Of a stretch of 31,630 nucleotides of DNA, positions 1 to 8,483 are shown piece after piece; positions within the stretch are counted from its first letter, which is position 1, and each line of letters begins with the position of its first letter. Position numbers and translations under genes: made by a program. Under the pieces are notes generated by a model that was given only the letters and a program-made list of their open reading frames with translations, searched no databases and was not told the origin of the DNA. Source of the DNA: Candidatus Eiseniibacteriota bacterium (GTDB lineage: Bacteria; Arandabacterota; Arandabacteria; Arandabacterales; Arandabacteraceae); contig JBDRNT010000095.1 in NCBI GenBank assembly GCA_043810925.1, forward strand, positions 1 to 31,630, written 5' to 3'.

Positions 1-71
1 CGCCCATCGCCTTCCACAACACCAATACGGGTGTTGCTTGAATGAACATCCAATCCACCGTATAATTCCAT
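1..71 (-). CDS. IS110-family transposase/recombinase, N-terminal fragment (runs off the left edge)
   Basis: Reverse complement of 71..1 reads ATG-initiated MELYGGLDVHSSNTRIGVVEGDG, matching the IS110 DEDD N-terminal pattern Y-x-G-[IL]-D-[VL]-H. A strong RBS AAGGAGGTG lies just upstream. Only 23 codons are visible and the ORF track omits it. Confidence 0.75.
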   Translation of the reverse strand, partial: MELYGGLDVHSSNTRIGVVEGDG

Positions 72-160
72 AGGGCACCTCCTTTGGTTGGTGGTAAACC
101 AGAGCATACCAGAGAGAAATCTCTCTTGGAATACTCTGGAGGTGCCTCTTTATGATTATC
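1..160 (-). mobile_element. Left end of a putative IS110-family element
   Basis: About 90 nt non-coding leader with nested hairpins: GGCACCTCC 74-82 / GGAGGTGCC 138-146 and AGAGAG 111-116 / CTCTCT 121-126. It ends abruptly at TC 159-160, where the inverted-repeat arm begins. Confidence 0.6.
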
Positions 161-264
161 AGGCTTTGAATTCTGGAATTCTGGAATTCTTGGTCTCACG
201 GTGTCATCGCAAAATCCCGGGGGGAGCGCAGAGACCCTGCAGAATTCCAGAATTCAAAGCCTGA
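159..264. repeat. 25-bp perfect inverted repeat (MITE/REP-like palindrome)
   Basis: TCAGGCTTTGAATTCTGGAATTCTG (159-183) is the exact reverse complement of 240-264. Inner GGTCTC (192-197) / GAGACC (231-236) also pair. The left arm contains tandem GAATTCTG units. Confidence 0.9.
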
Positions 265-293
265 CCCCAGTGGTGAACCAGGGTTGGCCCCAC

Positions 294-322
294 TTGACGC
301 GCGGTGGGATTGGGTTTAGGAT
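294..322 (+). promoter_or_regulatory. Putative sigma70 promoter of the sulfatase gene
   Basis: TTGACG (294-299), 17 nt, TAGGAT (317-322). The ATG follows at 329. Confidence 0.55.
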
Positions 323-328
323 AAGACC

Positions 329-2161
329 ATGCTTAAGCATCTTTGGCGGACACGCATTGTCATCGCATGGCTTGCCGCTACCCTCCTGCTTCAACTTGGA
401 TGCGGCAGGCACGAAAAGCCCCAGTACTTCATAGTGATTCTGATGGATGCGGTCAGACCCGACCATCTCGGCTGCTATGGCTACAAGAGAGACACAAGTC
501 CCCGGATAGACCGCCTGGCCGCGGACGGGGTGGTTTTCGAAAACGCCATAGCCGAGGCGCCCTGGACCCTCCCTTCCATTGCCACCATTCTCTCATCCAC
601 TTTCCCGTGCCAGCACGGGGCGAAGCGTGTAGAGGGTGCGAATGTGGGAATGAAGGACAGAGAGATCACGTTTGTTGAGCTGCTTGCACAGGCCGGGTAC
701 AAGACCTGCGCGATGAGTACGGCAAAGATATTCAATCCCAATCTGGGGCTGTCACAGGGTTTTGACGAGAGCATCGTCGTGGGTAAGACGGGGAGTGTAC
801 TTGAGAAAGTCGCCGCAATCGAGCTGAGTGATGCAGCCATAACATGGCTCCGTCAGAACCGCGGCCACAAGTGCTTCCTTTTTATCCATCACTACGACAC
901 GCATTACCCTTACAAGGCCGGCGAGCAGTGTGTGAGCAAGTTCAATCCTGGCTATGAGGGCCCGTACCGTATGAGATTCGGGGACAGCTCGCTGCGCATC
1001 CTCAAGATGGCCAGAGCAGGCAGGTTGGCCGAGGCCGTCGATCTTACGGATGCCGATGTGGAGCAGATCAAGACCCTCTATGATTGCGAGATAGTCCGGA
1101 CAGACAAGGCCATAGGCAACCTGGTTGACTCACTCTCGGCATGGGGCTGCCTTAAGAAGTCCATGATCCTGATATCGGCGGATCACGGAGAGGAGTTCCT
1201 CGAACGGGGAAGCCTTGATCACGGACAGACGGTCTATGATGAAAGCATAAGGGTACCGCTCGTTATCTACGGTCCGCGAGTGGTCGACGAGACAGGCAGG
1301 ATCGACCAGCAGGTTGGTCTCATTGATTTCGGTCCGACCATCCTCAGTGCCGCCGGAATCGAGATACCCCCGGAATTCGAGGGAGCGAGCCTGCTACCGC
1401 ATCTTTCTTCCAGGTTCAAGACACAGCAGGAACAACTCAGGCCATCCGGGCTGCCGTTTTCCTGCCTGGTGTCAGAGGCCATAGCTCACAGACCGGAGAA
1501 GAAGGCGCTCCGATGCCCGCCATGGAAGCTGATATACGATCCATTCTTCGGAGCTCGAGAGCTCTACAACCTCGAACGGGATCCCGGGGAGACCGAGAAC
1601 ATCATAGAGGTGGAAGCCGAGGTCGCGTCCGATCTCACCGACATCCTCCTGACGTCGCTCCAGACTTACTACTCCGGCGGCTGGTGCATCGCCTGGCGCA
1701 ACCCCGAAGGCAAGGGCACCATACGGGGTAATCTCGAGTTGAACTCCGCCATGATCGAGGTCGTGGGACACAACCTCTACCCTGCGTTCGATCCTGCGGT
1801 GGATTCACTGACCATATCTCATGATCGCACGCGTCTGAGTTTCGGAAGCATGCTCGAAAAGCGCTGGGAAGGAGTCGAAGTCAGAATGCCGTCCCGCCAG
1901 AGGGCGACGATCGATATCGTCATAAGCGGCTCAGGGGGATTCGAGACCCTGGTAGGTCAGACTCCAAGAGAACTCACGTTTCCTGCCACGCTCAATCCCG
2001 AGTCCGCGGAGGTTGGTCGAGACCAGCTCCACACCCTCTTCAGGCAGGATAAGGCCGACCTCGTCATCTTCTGGATCGACCCCGGCAGCCAGCCGATGGC
2101 AAGAGATGAAAAGCAGGAAGAGCTCAGACGGAAACTCAAGGCCATAGGCTATATAGACTGA
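329..2161 (+). CDS. Sulfatase-like hydrolase (alkaline phosphatase superfamily), probable lipoprotein, with extra C-terminal domain
   Basis: Lipobox LLQLGC. Motifs ILMDAVRPDHLGCYGY, APWTLPS, HHYDTHYPY, SADHGEEF, DHG..VYDESIRVPL, ELYNLERDPGE and tail LKAIGYI. Confidence 0.9.
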   Translation: MLKHLWRTRIVIAWLAATLLLQLGCGRHEKPQYFIVILMDAVRPDHLGCYGYKRDTSPRIDRLAADGVVFENAIAEAPWTLPSIATILSSTFPCQHGAKRVEGANVGMKDREITFVELLAQAGYKTCAMSTAKIFNPNLGLSQGFDESIVVGKTGSVLEKVAAIELSDAAITWLRQNRGHKCFLFIHHYDTHYPYKAGEQCVSKFNPGYEGPYRMRFGDSSLRILKMARAGRLAEAVDLTDADVEQIKTLYDCEIVRTDKAIGNLVDSLSAWGCLKKSMILISADHGEEFLERGSLDHGQTVYDESIRVPLVIYGPRVVDETGRIDQQVGLIDFGPTILSAAGIEIPPEFEGASLLPHLSSRFKTQQEQLRPSGLPFSCLVSEAIAHRPEKKALRCPPWKLIYDPFFGARELYNLERDPGETENIIEVEAEVASDLTDILLTSLQTYYSGGWCIAWRNPEGKGTIRGNLELNSAMIEVVGHNLYPAFDPAVDSLTISHDRTRLSFGSMLEKRWEGVEVRMPSRQRATIDIVISGSGGFETLVGQTPRELTFPATLNPESAEVGRDQLHTLFRQDKADLVIFWIDPGSQPMARDEKQEELRRKLKAIGYID

Positions 2162-2220
2162 ACACCGGCCCTACTATCGCACTCTTCCCACCGGCTAGTC
2201 TTTACACGTATGTGTGTCTT

Positions 2221-2889
2221 CTATCCCTGTACTTCCGCCTCGGCCGCCTTCTTGAGTTTGTCGTTCGCATAGATCGCGACTTCAACCCGGCGGTTCTGCT
2301 GGCGCCCATCCTCCGTATCGTTTGATCCCACGGGCTGGGACTCACCATATCCCATGATCGTGAACCGCGTGGCGTTGACCCCGACACTCGCAAGATGATT
2401 TGAGACCGACTGCGCCCGGAGACGGGAAAGATCGAGATTGTACTCATCTGAACCGGTTGCATCCGTGTGGCCCTCGAGCAGGATATTCGTGTCCTGGTAC
2501 TTGTTGAGGATCACAGCCAGCTTCTCCAGATTGTCCCTGCTCGCCTGTTTCAGCGAGGCCTTGTTGACATCGAACATGATTCCGGAATCGAAGGTGATCT
2601 TGATGCCCTCTCCAACTCGCTCAACCTTTGCGCCCGCGATGTCCCGTTCGATCTCCTCCGCCTGCTTGTCCATGTAATCGCCGATATAGGCCCCCGCCGC
2701 ACCACCGATGGCCGCACCGAGTATGGCTCCTAAAGCAGTGTTACCTGACTGCTTGCCGATCACACCGCCGATGATGCCGCCGGCCGCCGCCCCGGCAGCC
2801 GCTCCCTTTTGCTTCCGGCTCCAGCCGGAGCAGCTGAGGCTTCCCACAACCAGCAGACAGATCAGAGTGAGAGCGATGAATTTCCTCAT
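2221..2889 (-). CDS. OmpA-family lipoprotein with glycine zipper (YiaD-like)
   Basis: Lipobox GSLSC, glycine zipper GAAAGAAAGGIIGG, OmpA motifs EGHTD..G..EYN..LS..RA and NRRVE. Start set at ATG 2889, 7 nt after the GGGGG RBS. Confidence 0.93.
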   Translation of the reverse strand: MRKFIALTLICLLVVGSLSCSGWSRKQKGAAAGAAAGGIIGGVIGKQSGNTALGAILGAAIGGAAGAYIGDYMDKQAEEIERDIAGAKVERVGEGIKITFDSGIMFDVNKASLKQASRDNLEKLAVILNKYQDTNILLEGHTDATGSDEYNLDLSRLRAQSVSNHLASVGVNATRFTIMGYGESQPVGSNDTEDGRQQNRRVEVAIYANDKLKKAAEAEVQG

Positions 2890-2929
2890 TTCCATTCCCC
2901 CTTTCAGCAGATTTCGAACCTGCAAGCAG

Positions 2930-2958
2930 ATGATAGACCTACCCGGGGTTCAGGGCAA
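2930..2958 (-). promoter_or_regulatory. Putative sigma70 promoter of the ompA-like gene
   Basis: TTGCCC, 17 nt, TATCAT on the minus strand. Confidence 0.45.
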
Positions 2959-2987
2959 GCGGGATTTCGCAGGTGTCAGCCGGTGGC

Positions 2988-3848
2988 TCAGGCAGCTGCC
3001 AGGAAGTCCGAATAGAACCCCGAGAGCGTACGGAAGTCACTGCCGCGAAGACACGTGAGCATCGCGTGGGTGGTCCGGCACAGATTCCGGGGGTCGGTCT
3101 CCCGTATCCAGCGTTTCCAGCCGAATCCTCCCGGGGTTCGCGGCAGGAGATCGCGGAAAGATCGCGGCGGTGCAGGATCGATCCTGCCCGTCGGGGAGAA
3201 GTCGTAAACATGGAACATGAAGTTGATAATCACGTCCGGTTTGAGCCTTGCCTCCAGGAGTAAGAGACGCATGAACAGCATAGTCCCGGAGTATCTGAAG
3301 GTCTCGAACGTCGGGGCCCCCAGAGGGAAGACAAGGGCGCTCGTAGGTATCTCCAGCAGAGTCTCGTTTATGAAATGCGGGGTTCGTCTCGACCAGAAAT
3401 ACGGATTCTCGGTGGGATATGAACTGAAGACACCAAGACGTTGGGGAGTACAGCTTGAGTCCACCTGATAGCCCAGGCAACACAACTCATCCAGGCTCTG
3501 TTCGCTGAGCCCGGACCAGCAGGGAGCTCTAAAAGAACGCGGTGGAAAACCGAAGAAGTCCTCAAAGCAGTCCCTTGACCGGGCGAGAAAACCTATGTCG
3601 CCCTCGCCATCAAGCTTCAGGGCCTCTATCTCACTTAAGTCATGGAAATGACCATGGGTCCCTGCCTCGTGCTCTCCCGATGCAAGGGCGGCGAGTGTGT
3701 GCCGGTACTTCCTGACGGTAAGCATAGATGTCGGTATCAGAAACGTCCCGGGAATTCCCGCTGCTTTGAGCCAGTGATTGCAGTACGCGATATCGCGGGG
3801 ACGGTCCGTTGTATGAACATCAACGGTAACGGCGACCCTGTAGCACAT
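2988..3848 (-). CDS. Polysaccharide deacetylase family protein (CE4/NodB-like)
   Basis: Motifs VTVDVH, HEAGTHGHFH, SFRAP, YQVDSS, LLEIP. Start is ambiguous (3848 or 3911; both have RBS-like purine runs). Confidence 0.8.
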   Translation of the reverse strand: MCYRVAVTVDVHTTDRPRDIAYCNHWLKAAGIPGTFLIPTSMLTVRKYRHTLAALASGEHEAGTHGHFHDLSEIEALKLDGEGDIGFLARSRDCFEDFFGFPPRSFRAPCWSGLSEQSLDELCCLGYQVDSSCTPQRLGVFSSYPTENPYFWSRRTPHFINETLLEIPTSALVFPLGAPTFETFRYSGTMLFMRLLLLEARLKPDVIINFMFHVYDFSPTGRIDPAPPRSFRDLLPRTPGGFGWKRWIRETDPRNLCRTTHAMLTCLRGSDFRTLSGFYSDFLAAA

Positions 3849-3930
3849 GGCCGCACCCCCTTCGCACGGATCCGCCTCAATGGAACCCCACCCTACCCTA
3901 CCACTCAGCATGAAACCTCGTCGCTCTCAA

Positions 3931-3959
3931 AGTGTACGAACACCGGCCACAGGCGTCAA
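3931..3959 (-). promoter_or_regulatory. Putative sigma70 promoter of the deacetylase gene
   Basis: TTGACG, 17 nt, TACACT on the minus strand. Confidence 0.55.
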
Positions 3960-4001
3960 GAGACGGAGTCGTATCCGCAAACGGCATCGGGCGACCCCGG
4001 A

Positions 4002-5318
4002 TCAGCCGCGGATTGCCCAGCGCACCACCCTGCCGAGTTTGAGGGGCTGCCCCTGCATCAGGATGGCCACACGGAATATTCGCCCGGCGGCCCAGACAGC
4101 GAACACGGTGTAAGCCAACAGCCCGACGATTCCCGCTACCGGCTGCCATGCGGGGATACCGGCCTGCGAGGCCTGTCGCAGCAGCATAACCATGGGTGTG
4201 AAGGGCGGGACAAGTGACAGCCACGTGGCAAAGGTGCTGTTGGGGTACTGTATTACCGGGAGCATTACGAACATGGGTATGATTATCGGGACCATGGCCA
4301 GAGGAGTGACCGACTGGGCCTCCTTTGCATCATTGCACGCCGAACCAAGCCCGACCATCGTGGCCCCCAGCATGATCATCGCCGTCAGCATGTAGCCGAA
4401 GAACCACGGCAGGATGAAATAGGGGATGCGTTCGGCCAGTCCCATGCGTCCCAGGGCGAGAATTGCAACAACTACGTATACGGCCGATGCCGTCAGTGAT
4501 ACTGCGACCGCCCCGAGGATCTTGCCTGCCATCAGCTCCGACGGCGTGACCGAGCCGAGAAGCACTTCGGCGATCCTCTGGGTCTTCTCTTCCATCACGG
4601 CGCTCAACTGCGGTATGACCGCAATCAGCATCAGGATGAACATCAGCATAACCATCGCAAGTGGAACACCGAGGGCTTCAGCCTCGCTGCTTCGCTGCGC
4701 CTGTTTGATCTCACCTGTCGCGTCGTCCACCGATACAAGCCCGAGGCCTTCCACCTGCACAAAGTCAAACAGGTCTCCGACACGCGACTCCTCAATCCCT
4801 GCCTCGGCCATCCGCAACGCACGCAGCCGCTCATTTATGGGCCATCCTGCCCACTGGCGGAAATCGTCCATCACGGCGTTCTTGGCGTAGTAGGATATGC
4901 GCGCGGTCTCCGGGCTCTCCCGCGGGTGCATCACTCCCGGTCCGATTTCGATAAAGGCGTGAAGGTCACGGTCCCGCACCCGGTCGGACAACCTCAGTCG
5001 CTGGGCGTCCGTGGCTTCATCATCAGGTTCAACGACCTCAATGATGTAGGCCGGTTTGTTCTTCTTACCGGTTTCCTCATCGAATATGGCTTCGGCGTTC
5101 CGTTTCCGGGCGGCCTCAACCAGCGTCTCCGCAACCACCCCCGACCGGTCCACAACTGCTACGGTTGTGTCGGTGGTATCCACCCGGTCCTTAAGCAGCA
5201 TCATGGCGAGAAGACTCCCGCCCATGAACATCGGTGCTATCAAAAGACCGATGAGGAAACCCTTGGTATGGACAGCCGCCTTGTATTCACGCCTGGCCAG
5301 TTTCAGGGTCTTACGCAT
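4002..5318 (-). CDS. ABC-2 type transporter permease (NatB/YhaP-like)
   Basis: N-terminal TM, large extracytoplasmic loop, motif VMEEKTQRIAEVLLGSV..ELMAGK and several C-terminal TMs. Start MRKTLK at 5318 overlaps the ATPase stop. Confidence 0.88.
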   Translation of the reverse strand: MRKTLKLARREYKAAVHTKGFLIGLLIAPMFMGGSLLAMMLLKDRVDTTDTTVAVVDRSGVVAETLVEAARKRNAEAIFDEETGKKNKPAYIIEVVEPDDEATDAQRLRLSDRVRDRDLHAFIEIGPGVMHPRESPETARISYYAKNAVMDDFRQWAGWPINERLRALRMAEAGIEESRVGDLFDFVQVEGLGLVSVDDATGEIKQAQRSSEAEALGVPLAMVMLMFILMLIAVIPQLSAVMEEKTQRIAEVLLGSVTPSELMAGKILGAVAVSLTASAVYVVVAILALGRMGLAERIPYFILPWFFGYMLTAMIMLGATMVGLGSACNDAKEAQSVTPLAMVPIIIPMFVMLPVIQYPNSTFATWLSLVPPFTPMVMLLRQASQAGIPAWQPVAGIVGLLAYTVFAVWAAGRIFRVAILMQGQPLKLGRVVRWAIRG

Positions 5319-6222
5319 CCTCCGCCCCCTCCGCCGCCGGACCGGCGATTCGCACGAAGATGTCGTGGAGTGACGGTCTGGAGACCTCGAAACTCGCGAC
5401 CCGCGTGCGTGACATGATCGCGGTAACAACCTCCTGGGGATCACAGCCCTGCTTCAAACGCAACTCCTGCACCTGACCGAAGTCATTCACCTTTTCGACA
5501 CCGGGAAGGTTTCTGAGGATCTCCGCACCGCCTTGCGAGCGTATGCGGACGGTATCGTGACTGTATGCCTCCTGAATCGAGGCCAGGGTGCCGTCCAGAA
5601 CTTTGCGGCCCTTGAAGATCATGAAGATGAAATCACACATCCTCTCGGCGACACCCATGTCGTGGGTACTGAAGATAACGGTAGTGCCGCGGGCCTGCAT
5701 CTCCAGGACGGCCTCTCTCAGCACATCAGTGTTCACCGGATCCAGACCGGCGAAGGGCTCATCAAGGATGAGCAGATCGGGGCGGGAGGCGACAGCAGCT
5801 ATGAACTGGACTTTCTGGCTCATGCCCTTGCTCAGTGTCTCCACCTTGCGGTCGGCCCAGTCGGCGAGATCGAGTCTTTCCAGCCAGTGATCGACCTCCC
5901 GACGGACATTCTTGCCACCCTTGAGCTCCCCGTAAAATGTCAGGATCTCCCTCACCTTCATTCTTCTGTAGAGCCCGCGCTCTTCGGGGAGGTACCCTAT
6001 GCGATCGGTCGCCGTCCCGGAAATCTTGTCACCGAAGACGCTGATCTCACCGCTATCGGGGTAGAAGATATTCATGATCATCCGCATCGTGGTGGTCTTG
6101 CCCGACCCGTTCGGCCCTATGAAACCGTAGACACTACCACGGGGCACAGTCAGCGAAAGATCACTGACGGCAGTCACACTGCCGAATGTCTTTGTGACAC
6201 TACGCAACTGAACAGCTGTCAC
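5311..6222 (-). CDS. ABC transporter ATP-binding protein (NatA/YhaQ-like)
   Basis: Walker A GPNGSGKTT, GYLPEERGLY, signature LSKGM, Walker B LLILDEP. GTG start at 6222 preferred because GGAGG lies 7 nt upstream. Confidence 0.93.
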   Translation of the reverse strand: MTAVQLRSVTKTFGSVTAVSDLSLTVPRGSVYGFIGPNGSGKTTTMRMIMNIFYPDSGEISVFGDKISGTATDRIGYLPEERGLYRRMKVREILTFYGELKGGKNVRREVDHWLERLDLADWADRKVETLSKGMSQKVQFIAAVASRPDLLILDEPFAGLDPVNTDVLREAVLEMQARGTTVIFSTHDMGVAERMCDFIFMIFKGRKVLDGTLASIQEAYSHDTVRIRSQGGAEILRNLPGVEKVNDFGQVQELRLKQGCDPQEVVTAIMSRTRVASFEVSRPSLHDIFVRIAGPAAEGAEDA

Positions 6223-6243
6223 TTTCAAACCTCCAGAATAGCG

Positions 6244-6272
6244 AGGTTACTCGAATTCGCGTATTGCTTCAA
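6244..6272 (-). promoter_or_regulatory. Putative sigma70 promoter of the ABC-2 operon
   Basis: TTGAAG, 17 nt, TAACCT on the minus strand. Confidence 0.45.
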
Positions 6273-6330
6273 GCAAACTTCTCTCGACCGGCCCCTCTCC
6301 CATCCAGTGCCCCCCTCCCTCGCCCTGCCT

Positions 6331-7008
6331 TCACCCGGTCGTAAAGGTGAGCATCCACCTGCGAAGGACATCATGCTCACGATACTCCATGTCATCAGCC
6401 AACCCGCTGAGTACCTCGCGAAGCTCCTCCTCGGTCGGAAAGTTCTTAACGACTTCGAAGACTTCGCCATCAGGGAAATCCCGTCTGTGAATAAGATTTC
6501 CGTCATCGTCGTAGTGTGAAAACCACCGGTTGAGTTCCTCACTCGGAAGCATGTCTATGACTATCACCCTCGAACGCGGACGAAGCCGGTCCTTCAAACC
6601 CGCAACGAACGACCGGAGCGCCGCCTTCGGAATGTGTGACCACCAGTCCGCGGCGAATGCTGCATCAAATGACCCATCGATCTTCCCCAGATCGTACGCG
6701 TCGGCAACCTCGAACCGGACCCGGTCGTTGTCATATGTCTTCGTGCGTGCCATCCCGATTATGGTCGAGTTGACATCTGTGGCCACGACCGACCGTGCCC
6801 GCTTTGCGAGAACCTGGGTCCAGTTACCGGTTCCGCACGCGATCTCAAGCACCTCCCTGCCCCTCACATCGGCTTCAAACCACTCGATCATGGGACCCAG
6901 CAATCTTTCCATCTCTATGTTGCCCGTGTAGCCCATGAAGTAGTCGTGCTCAGGCGCACGTTTGGCATAGTACGCATTCATGTGCCTTATGAGATCCCCG
7001 GTGTTCAT
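6331..7008 (-). CDS. Class I SAM-dependent methyltransferase
   Basis: YYAKRAPE, motif I VLEIACGTG, WWSHIP, VVKNFP. Confidence 0.9.
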   Translation of the reverse strand: MNTGDLIRHMNAYYAKRAPEHDYFMGYTGNIEMERLLGPMIEWFEADVRGREVLEIACGTGNWTQVLAKRARSVVATDVNSTIIGMARTKTYDNDRVRFEVADAYDLGKIDGSFDAAFAADWWSHIPKAALRSFVAGLKDRLRPRSRVIVIDMLPSEELNRWFSHYDDDGNLIHRRDFPDGEVFEVVKNFPTEEELREVLSGLADDMEYREHDVLRRWMLTFTTG

Positions 7009-7061
7009 CCTGCAACTCCTGTTTCATCAATCATACGCCGGATGGACGAGGTCCCGGCGGC

Positions 7062-8483
7062 TCAGTCATGGCGCAGGGCCTCAACGGGGTCTACGCGGGA
7101 GGCCCGAACGGCCGGATACAGACCGGCTGCGAGACTCACCACAATTGAAAACGCGATCGCCCCGAGGATCAGCCAGGCGGGGAAGTAGAACATATTGACC
7201 GAAGGCAGGTCCTCAGGCATCAGATGGGCGTTGACGACGAGATTGGCGACACGCGTTACGGCCCAACCCAGAACAAGACCGAATGCGGCACCGATGACCC
7301 CGATGGTCGCAGCCTCAACGAAAAAGATCATCCTGATCTCCCCCTCGCTCCCACCGATCGCCTTCATTATACCGATCTCACGCGTCCGCTCGAGAATCGA
7401 CATCACCATGGTGTTGGCGATACCCAGAGCGGCGACCACGAGTGCAATGGTTCCGACAGCTCCAAGGATCGAATCGACGATGAGAAAAGCCCGCCTGATT
7501 TCTTTGAGCTCATCGGAAATCGAAACAACATTGAGTCCCATGCTCTCAAGTTGCTCTCTCACAGGCTTCATGTCCGCCATACGTTTGACCCGAACATAAA
7601 GTGAACTGTAGGTGCCGTCATCACCGCGACCGCGCAGAAGATCCCAGACGCTCGAGAACCCCAATCTCGGGATTCGTTCCGCCGTCTTCGTGGGGACTAT
7701 CACCCCGCCTCTGAACCTGCTTTCCGAGAACTGGCTCGGTTGCTCAAGCACACCACACAGTCGAAGTTCGGTCGTTGATTCCGTGAAAGGCCTGCCGCCG
7801 GACCGAAGAAAAGTGCCCATCGGATCCGAACGCATCCTGTCGACATCGAGCACGGCGGATACTATCTCCACCTGCGAGCCGATTATGGAATCAGGATCGA
7901 GCACGGTCGTTGTTTCGGATGAGTACGCCCCGGAAGAATCAGCTGAATCCCGGTCTTCGGCCTCCCTGTTCATCCTCTGGAGAGTCTCCCAACGCAGGAC
8001 CACGGCCGCTGCTGAGTCGTCTGCGAAGAACTCGCCGGCCGCTAACTCGCTGAACGGTCTATACTCTCCCATCACCGCGGGTAACGCCTCGAGCGTTGTT
8101 GCGGTTTCCTGACCGTTTATCCGGATCTTGACGGGAAAACTGATCTCGGGAAACGCGATCTCCACTCCGTCAATATTCTTGATATCCGCCAGTGTCGAAT
8201 CGGTCAGTCTTGTGGCCGGCTTTTTTAATGACTCGGCAATGTTTTCAATCCCGCCGTGCGCCACCTCCTCCACGTCTATCTTCACGGCGGTTACAAAAAG
8301 ACTGGTGAAAAGATCGTTCTCCTTGAAAGCTTCTGTGATGTTCTTCTGCATGCCTGTACCAAAGGACACCATCGAGGTCAGCGCACCGATCCCGATCACC
8401 ACACCGAGGACGGTAAGAGCTGTCCTGAGCTTGGTCCGCCGCAGGTTGTCAAAGCCGAGTTCGAACATATCGAGTAATGTCAT
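7062..8483 (-). CDS. MacB/FtsX-type ABC transporter permease
   Basis: LRTALTVLGVVIG, GIANTMVMSILERTREIGIMKAIG, AGLYPAVRASRVDPVEALR. Confidence 0.93.
   Translation of the reverse strand: MTLLDMFELGFDNLRRTKLRTALTVLGVVIGIGALTSMVSFGTGMQKNITEAFKENDLFTSLFVTAVKIDVEEVAHGGIENIAESLKKPATRLTDSTLADIKNIDGVEIAFPEISFPVKIRINGQETATTLEALPAVMGEYRPFSELAAGEFFADDSAAAVVLRWETLQRMNREAEDRDSADSSGAYSSETTTVLDPDSIIGSQVEIVSAVLDVDRMRSDPMGTFLRSGGRPFTESTTELRLCGVLEQPSQFSESRFRGGVIVPTKTAERIPRLGFSSVWDLLRGRGDDGTYSSLYVRVKRMADMKPVREQLESMGLNVVSISDELKEIRRAFLIVDSILGAVGTIALVVAALGIANTMVMSILERTREIGIMKAIGGSEGEIRMIFFVEAATIGVIGAAFGLVLGWAVTRVANLVVNAHLMPEDLPSVNMFYFPAWLILGAIAFSIVVSLAAGLYPAVRASRVDPVEALRHD

Noticed and set aside
201-466. Short ORFs 201-434 (+) and 254-466 (-)
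   Set aside because: They span the inverted repeat and sulfatase start with no protein-like features.
5319-5444. N-terminal extension of the ABC-2 permease
   Set aside because: Overlaps the ATPase coding region; a coupled start at 5318 fits better.
5533-6519. 328-aa plus-strand ORF
   Set aside because: Antisense to a clear ABC ATPase and methyltransferase.
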